Origin: Verrucomicrobiota bacterium
Lineage (GTDB): Bacteria; Verrucomicrobiota; Kiritimatiellia; RFP12; UBA1067
NCBI GenBank assembly: GCA_050874585.1
Contig: JBNMKZ010000006.1
Location: 134 to 64,133, forward strand
Direction of reading: 5' to 3'
DNA length: 64,000 bases
The notes beneath the pieces are model-generated. The model saw nothing but the letters and a program-made list of their open reading frames with translations, ran no database searches and was not told the origin of the DNA. Position 1 is the stretch's first letter. Each line of letters begins with the position of its first letter. The translations under genes were made by a program, and so were the position numbers. Shown piece by piece: positions 35,230-42,385 of this stretch.

Positions 35230-35237
35230 ACCCAAAT

Positions 35238-36503
35238 ATGAAACTACTTGACGAATTGAAGGCTCGTGGACTTGTTGAGGCTCTGACCGATCCGGCGATT
35301 GAGGCGGCGTTGGAGAAGCCGATGACGGTTTATTGCGGATTCGATCCTTCCGCCCGCTCCCTGCAGGCGGGCAACCTCGTGTCCATCATGGTCCTGAAGC
35401 GGTTTCAGCAGGCCGGGCACAAGGTCATAGCCCTCGTCGGGGGCGCGACGGGGCTGATTGGCGACCCGAGCGGAAAGTCCGCCGAGCGCAACATGCTGAC
35501 GGTTGAGCAGGTGGCGGAGAACAAGAAGGGCATTCGTGAGAACTTGGCCCGAATCCTCGATTTCGACGGCCCGAACGCGGCGATTCTCGTCGACAACTAC
35601 GACTGGTACAAGGGCACGAGCGCGATTGAGTTCCTGCGCGACATCGCCATCAACTTCCGTGTGCCGCAGATGCTGGCGAAGGAGTCCGTGCGCAAGCGTT
35701 TAGAGGCGAGCGAGGGTGCCCTGACCTTTACGGAATTCTCCTACCAGATTCTGCAGGGCAACGACTTCTTGCACCTCTACGACAACTACGGCTGCCAGAT
35801 GGAGGTCGGCGGGGCCGACCAGTGGGGCAACATCACGGCGGGGACGGATCTCGTGCGGCGGATGCGCGGCAAGTCGGCCTTCGGCCTGACGTTCCCGCTG
35901 CTTCTCGACTCGACGGGCAAGAAGTTCGGCAAGTCCGAGGGCAACGCGCTCTTTCTGAACGGCGAAATGACGTCCGTCTACGATTGGTACCAGTACTTCC
36001 TGCGCGCGGCGGATGCCGATGTCATCCGTTACCTGAAGGTCTTCTCGATGAAGTCGCTTGACGAGATTGCCGAACTGGAGGCCGCGATGAAGCGGAATCC
36101 CGAGGCGCGGATTCCCCAGAAGGCGCTGGCGGAGGAGTTGACGCGTCTCGTGCATGGCGAGGCGGGGCTTCAGACGGCGCTCGGCGCGACGAAGACGCTC
36201 TTTGGCGGGGATGTCGCGGGCAAGTCGGCGGATGAGCTTGAGACAATTTTCAAGGATGTGAAGTCCGCCGAGATGGCCGCAGGTGACGTTCTCGGCAAGC
36301 CGGTCTTTGCCGTGGCGGCGGCGGCCGGGATGTTCAAGTCCAACGGCGAAGCGCGGCGGATGGCCCAGCAGGGCGGGCTCTCGCTGAACGGCACGAAGGT
36401 CGACGACAAGCGCGTTTTCGCGGCGGACGATCTCGTGGACGGTCGGATTGCCATCCTGAAGCAGGGCAAAAAGAACAACTTCCTTCTGAAGATTAAGGCT
36501 TGA
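35238..36503 (+). CDS. tyrS: tyrosine--tRNA ligase (HIGH motif replaced by QAGN)
   Basis: Contains GGATGLIGDPSGKSAER, GGADQWGNITAG and KFGKS (KMSKS), with an S4-like C-terminus. The position of HIGH reads SLQAGNL (35358-35378). Confidence 0.9.
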   Translation: MKLLDELKARGLVEALTDPAIEAALEKPMTVYCGFDPSARSLQAGNLVSIMVLKRFQQAGHKVIALVGGATGLIGDPSGKSAERNMLTVEQVAENKKGIRENLARILDFDGPNAAILVDNYDWYKGTSAIEFLRDIAINFRVPQMLAKESVRKRLEASEGALTFTEFSYQILQGNDFLHLYDNYGCQMEVGGADQWGNITAGTDLVRRMRGKSAFGLTFPLLLDSTGKKFGKSEGNALFLNGEMTSVYDWYQYFLRAADADVIRYLKVFSMKSLDEIAELEAAMKRNPEARIPQKALAEELTRLVHGEAGLQTALGATKTLFGGDVAGKSADELETIFKDVKSAEMAAGDVLGKPVFAVAAAAGMFKSNGEARRMAQQGGLSLNGTKVDDKRVFAADDLVDGRIAILKQGKKNNFLLKIKA

Positions 36504-37618
36504 AAACCCTCGAACGATACGTCTTCGGCTCATTCCTGTCGAGCTTCGTGCTCGCCTTCCTCGTGCTCAGTTTCGTGCTGACGGTCGGGCTGATGGTGCA
36601 GATTGTCGGCTTCATCCTGGACGGTGTGCCGATGTCGCTCGTCGCGGAGTTCGCGGCTGTGAGCTTCCCCGAGACGCTGCAGTGGACGATGCCGCTCGCG
36701 CTGCTCGTGTCGAGCGTGCTCGTCTTTTCGCGGATGAGCGCCGACAGCGAAATCGCCGCGATGCGCGCCTGCGGCGTGAACCTGCTCGCGGTCATGAAGT
36801 GGCCGATTCTCTTTGCGTTTTTGTGTAGTGCACTGGGGATGTTCGTCAACAACGAGATTGTGCCGCGAGGGCATGAAATCCGCCGCACGCTGAAGTCGAA
36901 GGTATCCGTCGGGACGGGGCTTGAGATTCTCGAGCCCGGGCGCATCATCGACGACTTCCCGAATGTGAAGATTTACTTCGGCTCGAAGGAGGGAAACTGG
37001 TTGCACGACCTCGTCGTGATGGACTACACCGACCCGAAGGTCGATCGGATGATTACGGCGGCGAAGGCCCTCGTGACCAGCCAGGGCCGCGATGTCTCGC
37101 TCGACCTCTACCAGATGACGATGGATCCGCTTGATGCCGACCATCCGACGATGGCGCGGGCGAATCGCGTCCAGTACCTCGTGAAGGATGCGCTCAAGGA
37201 CTCCCACTACACGCGCCGCGACAAGGACCTGCGCTTTCGGGAGGTGCTGGACAAGATCGGGCGGCTGAAGGAGCGCATCCGTGGGTTGACGAATGCGAGC
37301 CACGCGAAGGGGACGGAGCGGCAGCTTCTTGAGCGGGAACTCTCGAACCTGAAGGTCGAGTTCATGAAGCGCTTCGTCTTCGCCATGGCCTCGTTCTGCT
37401 TTGTCCTAATCGGCGTGCCGCTCGGCATTCGTGCGCAGCGCAAGGAGTCGTCGATTGGCATGGCGATTTCGCTGGCGGTTTCGCTGGGCTACTACATGGT
37501 TGTCATTCTGGCCCTCGGCATGGAAAACCAGGCCTCGCTTCATCCCGAAATCATCATCTGGCTGCCGGTGGTCGTCTGCTTCGGCCTGGCGGCGCGGCTG
37601 ATACCGAAGAACCTTTAA
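36500..37618 (+). CDS. LptF/LptG family LPS export permease
   Basis: N-terminus (M)KTLERYVFGSFLSSFVLAFLVL is typical of YjgP/YjgQ, with TM segments at both ends. TTG 36500 overlaps the tyrS TGA (TTGA). Confidence 0.85.
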   Translation: MKTLERYVFGSFLSSFVLAFLVLSFVLTVGLMVQIVGFILDGVPMSLVAEFAAVSFPETLQWTMPLALLVSSVLVFSRMSADSEIAAMRACGVNLLAVMKWPILFAFLCSALGMFVNNEIVPRGHEIRRTLKSKVSVGTGLEILEPGRIIDDFPNVKIYFGSKEGNWLHDLVVMDYTDPKVDRMITAAKALVTSQGRDVSLDLYQMTMDPLDADHPTMARANRVQYLVKDALKDSHYTRRDKDLRFREVLDKIGRLKERIRGLTNASHAKGTERQLLERELSNLKVEFMKRFVFAMASFCFVLIGVPLGIRAQRKESSIGMAISLAVSLGYYMVVILALGMENQASLHPEIIIWLPVVVCFGLAARLIPKNL

Positions 37619-37658
37619 GAGAGAAACGAATACGACAAAAGAAAAGGAGAGTAAGACG

Positions 37659-38438
37659 ATGGCGAAGATTCATTCAACGGCGATTGTGGAGGACGGCGCG
37701 ATTCTGGGCGCGGACATTGAGGTCGGGCCTTACGCCCACATCGGGGCGAACGTGAAGATCGGCGACGGCACGACGATTGGCCAGGGCGCGATTGTCGACG
37801 GGCATACGACGATTGGCAACCAGTGCCAGATTTTCCCCTACGCCCTTATCGGCATGAAGACGCAGGACCTCAAGTACAAGGCGGGGTCGGTCAGCTATGT
37901 GGAGATTGGCAACCGCACGGTGATTCGCGAGTTCGCGACTGTGCATCTCGGCACGGCGGACGGCGAGAAGACGATTATCGGCGACGACTGCCTGTTCATG
38001 GCCTACTGCCACGCGGCGCACGGTGTGATTCTCGGCAACCACGTGATTTGCTCGAATTCTGTTCAGCTGGCGGGCGACGTCCATCTGCAGGACTACGCCA
38101 TCGTCGGCGGATGCGCGGCTTCGCACCAGTTCTGCACGGTTGGCCGCCACGCGATGGTCGGTGGCATGTGCAAGGTGCGGCAGGATGTGCCGCCGTATAT
38201 GCTTTGTGACATGGTCGAGGGCACGATGAAGGTACTCGGTCCGAATGTTGTCGGTCTCACGCGGCGTGGCTTCAAGCGGGAGGTGATTCAGGCCATCAAG
38301 GAGGCCTATCGCTTCATCTACCGTGACGGACTGAACCGCACCCAGGCCCTTGAGCGCGTCGAGAACGACGTCGAGCCGTTTGAGGAAATAAAGGAACTCG
38401 TCTCCTTTTACCGCCACTCCACACGCGGCGTTTGCTGA
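37659..38438 (+). CDS. lpxA: acyl-ACP--UDP-N-acetylglucosamine O-acyltransferase
   Basis: IHSTAIVEDGAILGADIEVGPYAHIG hexapeptide repeats, with the LpxA C-terminal helical domain. AAGGAG RBS present. Confidence 0.92.
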   Translation: MAKIHSTAIVEDGAILGADIEVGPYAHIGANVKIGDGTTIGQGAIVDGHTTIGNQCQIFPYALIGMKTQDLKYKAGSVSYVEIGNRTVIREFATVHLGTADGEKTIIGDDCLFMAYCHAAHGVILGNHVICSNSVQLAGDVHLQDYAIVGGCAASHQFCTVGRHAMVGGMCKVRQDVPPYMLCDMVEGTMKVLGPNVVGLTRRGFKREVIQAIKEAYRFIYRDGLNRTQALERVENDVEPFEEIKELVSFYRHSTRGVC

Positions 38439-38440
38439 CG

Positions 38441-39604
38441 ATGGGCCTGAACGCGTTTGGCTTCTGCGGGGCGACAATCGATTCCCGGCTGGTCCGGCCG
38501 GGAATGCTCTACGTTGCCCTCAAGGGGGAGCGGGCCGACGGCAACAATTTTATTCCGCAGGCCCTGGCCGCCGGCGCGGCGAAAGTCATCGGCGGGGCGA
38601 ACGCCCTCGCCGAGATGCAGGCCCTTGCGCACGACTATCGCCGTTCGCTCAGGGCGAAGGTCATCGGTGTGACGGGTTCGGCCGGCAAGACGACGACCAA
38701 GGAATTGCTCAGGGCCTTTCTCTCCCGTCTCGGCAAGGTCCATGCCACGGAGGGGAATTTCAACAATCATCTCGGGCTTCCCCTGACCATCCTGAACTGT
38801 CCTCCCGATGCGGACTATCTCGTCGTCGAGATGGGGACGAACCATCCGGGCGAGATTGCGAAACTCTGTGACATCGCCGAGCCGGACATCGGGTTGATGA
38901 CGAACGTGGGCACGGCCCACCTGGAGTTCTTCGGTTCCCAGGACGGCATCGCGGACGAGAAGGGAACGCTCTTTGCGCGGGCGACGGATTTCTCGGTCGT
39001 TTCGTCCGAGAACGTGCGGCTGGCGCGGCTGCGGAATCTCTGCCGCGCCGAGCTGATTGAGGTCGACCCTCACGCGGCGTGGATGGCGGCGGCCTTGGAC
39101 GGCGTGTTGCCGGGTGCGCACAATGTCTCGAACGCCTGCCTCGCCTTCGCCGTGGCCGAACGCCTCGGGGCGACGCGGGCGGATGCCGTGGCGGCCCTTG
39201 CGGACTTCCGTCTGCCAGGGGCGCGGTGGCGGCAGATTGAGCGTGGCGGCGTCCATTTTGTTGACGACAGCTACAACGCCAACCCGGACTCGATGGTTGC
39301 CGCGCTGGATGCCTTCGCGAAGATGCCGTGCACCGGGCGGCGCGTGGCCGTGCTGGGCGACATGGGGGAACTCGGGCCGAAGTCATTCGCCTTCCACCAG
39401 CGGGTCTTCGCCCATGCGAAGGGCCTCGGCATTCCGCTCGTCATCGGCGTGGGGGCGCAGTCCGCCCGTTGCGCCTGCGATCGGGCGTATTCCACATTGG
39501 AGGACTTGATGGACGCATTCCGCTCGCTGGTCTCGTCCGGCGACCGGGTGCTCCTGAAGGCCTCCCATTCCATGAACCTCTCGAAATTGATAGACAGCCT
39601 GTGA
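38441..39604 (+). CDS. murF: UDP-N-acetylmuramoyl-tripeptide--D-alanyl-D-alanine ligase
   Basis: Contains GVTGSAGKTTTKE and DDSYNANPDSM. Start is either ATG 38441 or TTG 38432 (which overlaps lpxA). Confidence 0.85.
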   Translation: MGLNAFGFCGATIDSRLVRPGMLYVALKGERADGNNFIPQALAAGAAKVIGGANALAEMQALAHDYRRSLRAKVIGVTGSAGKTTTKELLRAFLSRLGKVHATEGNFNNHLGLPLTILNCPPDADYLVVEMGTNHPGEIAKLCDIAEPDIGLMTNVGTAHLEFFGSQDGIADEKGTLFARATDFSVVSSENVRLARLRNLCRAELIEVDPHAAWMAAALDGVLPGAHNVSNACLAFAVAERLGATRADAVAALADFRLPGARWRQIERGGVHFVDDSYNANPDSMVAALDAFAKMPCTGRRVAVLGDMGELGPKSFAFHQRVFAHAKGLGIPLVIGVGAQSARCACDRAYSTLEDLMDAFRSLVSSGDRVLLKASHSMNLSKLIDSL

Positions 39605-40044
39605 ACATACTCGTACTCAATGGGCCGAACCTGAACCTGCTCGGCATTCGCGAACCGGCACTCTACGGCAACCGCACCTATGCGGACCTGGAGCGCTTTA
39701 TCGCCGACACGGCCGCCGGCCTCGGTCGGGACGTGACCGTCGAGGTGCGCCAGTCGAACCACGAGGGTGTGCTCGTGGACTGGATTCAGTCCGCCCGGGG
39801 TGTCTTCGACGGAATCGTCCTCAACGCCGCCGCCTACACCCACACCTCCGTCGCCATTCTCGACGCGCTGAAGGCGGTGGCGATTCGCACGATCGAGGTG
39901 CACCTGACCGAGCCGAAGGCGCGTGAGCCGTTCCGCCGCGTCTCCTACGTGGGAATGGTTGCGGAAAAGACGTGTTCCGGGCGCGGGTTCGAGTCGTATG
40001 CGGATGCCATCCGCTACCTCGTCGAGACGCAGGGGAGGGCGTAG
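39601..40044 (+). CDS. aroQ: type II 3-dehydroquinate dehydratase
   Basis: Contains LNGPNLNLLG, RQSNHEG, NAAAYTHTSVA and EVHLT. GTG 39601 overlaps the murF TGA (GTGA). Confidence 0.92.
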   Translation: MNILVLNGPNLNLLGIREPALYGNRTYADLERFIADTAAGLGRDVTVEVRQSNHEGVLVDWIQSARGVFDGIVLNAAAYTHTSVAILDALKAVAIRTIEVHLTEPKAREPFRRVSYVGMVAEKTCSGRGFESYADAIRYLVETQGRA

Positions 40045-40048
40045 GGCC

Positions 40049-40300
40049 ATGCCGCTTTACGTCTATGAGGCGAAGGAGCCCGCGAAGGGCTGTGCGAAGT
40101 GCCGTGACGGATTCGAAGTGACGCAGTCCCTGAAGGAGCCGCACCTCACGAAATGCCCAGACTGCGGGGCTGAAATCTACCGCGTCATTCAGGCCCCGGG
40201 GCTGACCCATTCCAAGACCGACCTCCACTACCGGGCCAAGCGCGCCGGGTTCAAGTGCCTGAAGAAAGTCCAGAAGGGCGAGTACGAGACGCTTTACTGA
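40049..40300 (+). CDS. FmdB family zinc-ribbon protein
   Basis: MPLYVYE start with CAKC ... CPDCG cysteine pairs. In-frame ATG 40049 lies 5 nt after the aroQ stop. Confidence 0.75.
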   Translation: MPLYVYEAKEPAKGCAKCRDGFEVTQSLKEPHLTKCPDCGAEIYRVIQAPGLTHSKTDLHYRAKRAGFKCLKKVQKGEYETLY

Positions 40301-40303
40301 GCG

Positions 40304-41488
40304 ATGACCGTTTGGATTGAGAACCCGTTCGACAACCTGCCGCGTGAGGGGTCGCGTCCGCTTCGGTTCTGGCTGATGGCCCGGGCCTTCGTGCAGGCGG
40401 GGCATCGGGTGGTCTACTGGACGAGCGACTTCAGCCATACGGCGAAGGCGCGGCGGAATTTGCCGACGGCCTTCACGGACGAGGGCGTGGCCGTGCGGCT
40501 CGTACCGACGCCGCCCTACCGAACGAACGTCAGCCTGGCGCGGATTCGCAGTCACCGCGCCTATGCGCGGGCCTGGGAGGCGGCCGCCAGTGCGACGGAT
40601 TTGTCCGCTCCGAACGCGATCATCGTCTCCACGCCGCCGCTTGCGACGGGGGACATGGCGATTCGCCTGGCGCGGCGGTTTGGGGGGCGGCTTGTCGTGG
40701 ACGTGATGGACGCCTGGCCCGAGACCTTTTACCGGCTCCTGCCGACCTTCGCGGCCCCGCTGCTTGGGCGGATGCTGTTCGCGTCCGCCGACGCGGCGGC
40801 GCGGCGGCTTTACCGGGCGGCGGATCTTGTGACGGGCGTCGCCGACCGCTATGGGGCGATAGCCCGTTCGAAGGGGGCGACCTCGTATCGGCGCTTCTAT
40901 CACGGCATCGACTGTGCGGCCGCCCCCGCCCGGATCGAGGGACGGCGGGCAGGCGTTGCGCTCGTCTACATCGGGAACATGGGTACGACCTACGACCTTC
41001 AGACGCTCGTGCAGGCAATGGAACTTTTGCCGACGGCCACGCTGGATCTCGCTGGGGCGGGTGCACAGGCCGAGGCGGTCGTGCGGCTCATCCGCGAACG
41101 GGGCCTGGTGGAGCGCGTCCGCTACCACGGCTACCTGAAGGCGGCCGACATGGCCGACCTCCTCAGCCGGGCCGACATCGGGGTCGTCCCCATGGCGAGC
41201 GAGAGCTTCGTGGGCGTACCCTACAAGTTCGCCGATTACGCGGCGGCGGGATTGGCCATCGTCAGTTCGCTCGGGGGCGAAACCGAAGACCTGTTGCGGA
41301 AATATGGCGCGGGGGCCGTCTACCGCTGGGGGAACGCTCGCTCGCTTGCGACGGCGGTGGACTCGCTGGTGCCGCGTCTCGCGGCGGCGCAGGCCGCCTC
41401 GCGGCGGCTGGCGCACGAGGAACTCGATGCGCGGCAGATTTATGCGGACTATGTCCGGGCCGTCGAGCGGTTGGTGTCGGAGTCCTGA
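40304..41488 (+). CDS. glycosyltransferase family 4 (GT-B fold)
   Basis: Size and the C-terminal region (YIGNMG ... GVVPMASESFVGVPYKFADYAAAGLAIV) fit a GT4 glycosyltransferase. Confidence 0.8.
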   Translation: MTVWIENPFDNLPREGSRPLRFWLMARAFVQAGHRVVYWTSDFSHTAKARRNLPTAFTDEGVAVRLVPTPPYRTNVSLARIRSHRAYARAWEAAASATDLSAPNAIIVSTPPLATGDMAIRLARRFGGRLVVDVMDAWPETFYRLLPTFAAPLLGRMLFASADAAARRLYRAADLVTGVADRYGAIARSKGATSYRRFYHGIDCAAAPARIEGRRAGVALVYIGNMGTTYDLQTLVQAMELLPTATLDLAGAGAQAEAVVRLIRERGLVERVRYHGYLKAADMADLLSRADIGVVPMASESFVGVPYKFADYAAAGLAIVSSLGGETEDLLRKYGAGAVYRWGNARSLATAVDSLVPRLAAAQAASRRLAHEELDARQIYADYVRAVERLVSES

Positions 41489-41545
41489 CCGCCGCGTCGC
41501 GGCGGAATAATCAGAAGATTCGGAGGATGAGCCTGTCGGCGGCCC

Positions 41546-41809
41546 GTCGTGTGCCGTTGGACGGGCTGGCCCTTGCGCACGGGAAGGGAGCCCCGTGCGC
41601 ATACGGGACTCCCGTTGTGCGCAGGCGGGGCTTCTGTCGTGCGCATCTCGCGAAGTTCCTATGCCCATCGGAAGAAAACTTACTGCCCAGTAACTTTAGA
41701 CTTACTGCCCAGTAAGTTTTGATTTACTGCGCAGTAAGTCTGTCGCCGATGGGCATCGGAATCGCGGCGACTGCCCAAAGGTTTCGCGGCGGATGCCGAT
41801 GGTCGCCGC
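41546..41809. repeat. twelve consecutive 22-bp phased palindromic units
   Basis: Core hexamers start at 41552, 41574, 41596, 41618, 41640, 41662, 41684, 41706, 41728, 41750, 41772 and 41794. They read TGCCGT, TGCGCA x4, TGCCCA x3, TGCGCA, TGGGCA, TGCCCA and TGCCGA. Three units are 14-bp perfect palindromes TTACTGSSCAGTAA. Confidence 0.9.
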
Positions 41810-41973
41810 GGCGGAGGGTGTTTATTCCGGTTTCTTGTCGGTTTGTGAATGAAATCTTGCGCTTTTGTCGCCTTCGTGGCTTGGGCGGACGGCAATTCCG
41901 CCGCGCCCAACGGGTGCAGACACCGCCACATCTTCGCCGCGAGAGGCATCCACTATCAATGTCGCCGCATAAA

Positions 41974-41982
41974 TGATAGAAT
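41974..41982 (+). promoter_or_regulatory. possible extended -10 promoter TGATAGAAT
   Basis: TG at 41974-41975 and TAGAAT at 41977-41982, in a low-GC patch about 55 nt before ATG 42036. Confidence 0.35.
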
Positions 41983-42035
41983 AGCGGCACTTCTTGAAAG
42001 AGAACAGACCCTTGTATGGAAAGCGAGGTGAGTTT

Positions 42036-42239
42036 ATGGCTACATCGAGTATAACTGCGAACTTTTGCACTGACGACCCCAAGGTCGCCAACAAGATTGT
42101 TCATACCTTATTTACAGACATGAAACCGTCATCCAAATTGCCGACGGCTCTCCATTCGGAGAGGAAGTACACGTCAGCACAGGAACGCGCTTTCTGGCGG
42201 CGATTTGAAAAGGTGCATGGATTGATGGCGAACGCATGA
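42036..42239 (+). CDS. small hypothetical protein (67 aa) in low-GC patch
   Basis: In-frame ATG 42036 lies 5 nt after GAGGTG (42025-42030). Protein MATSSITANFCTDDPKVANKIVHTLF... has no family I recognise. Confidence 0.4.
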   Translation: MATSSITANFCTDDPKVANKIVHTLFTDMKPSSKLPTALHSERKYTSAQERAFWRRFEKVHGLMANA

Positions 42240-42385
42240 TCAATTCAATGAGATAATAGGCTGATAGGTCGGTTGCAGTCGCGGTATTCATTCAAAAGTG
42301 GCTCGTCCAGTTGTGCAAACGCGGGAGAGTTGGTGTAGAATATCCACAGTTGCGAAAAGGCAAGTCATTGTGTGAGGAACTAACC

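Noticed and set aside
34874-35251. 125-aa + strand ORF in the aroKAE-tyrS spacer
   Set aside because: It has Arg/Gly-rich low-complexity translation and spans GC-rich hairpins and the promoter cassette. It has no RBS and overlaps the tyrS start.
41489-41505. GC hairpin CCGCCGC-gtc-GCGGCGG right after the GT4 stop as a terminator
   Set aside because: A 7-bp stem with a 3-nt loop is followed by AATAATCAG rather than a T-tract, so it is not convincing as an intrinsic terminator. It may still be a structural element.
41546-41809. CRISPR array interpretation of the 22-bp repeats
   Set aside because: The units abut each other with only ~4 nt between 18-bp palindromes, so there are no 25-40 nt unique spacers. 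The repeats are degenerate rather than identical. No cas genes or leader are present in the window.
41546-41809. Replication-origin iterons
   Set aside because: A 22-bp spacing is iteron-like, but four such arrays occur within 64 kb. I saw no rep or dnaA gene, DnaA boxes or AT-rich unwinding element next to them. The idea is kept only as an analogy for protein-binding geometry.
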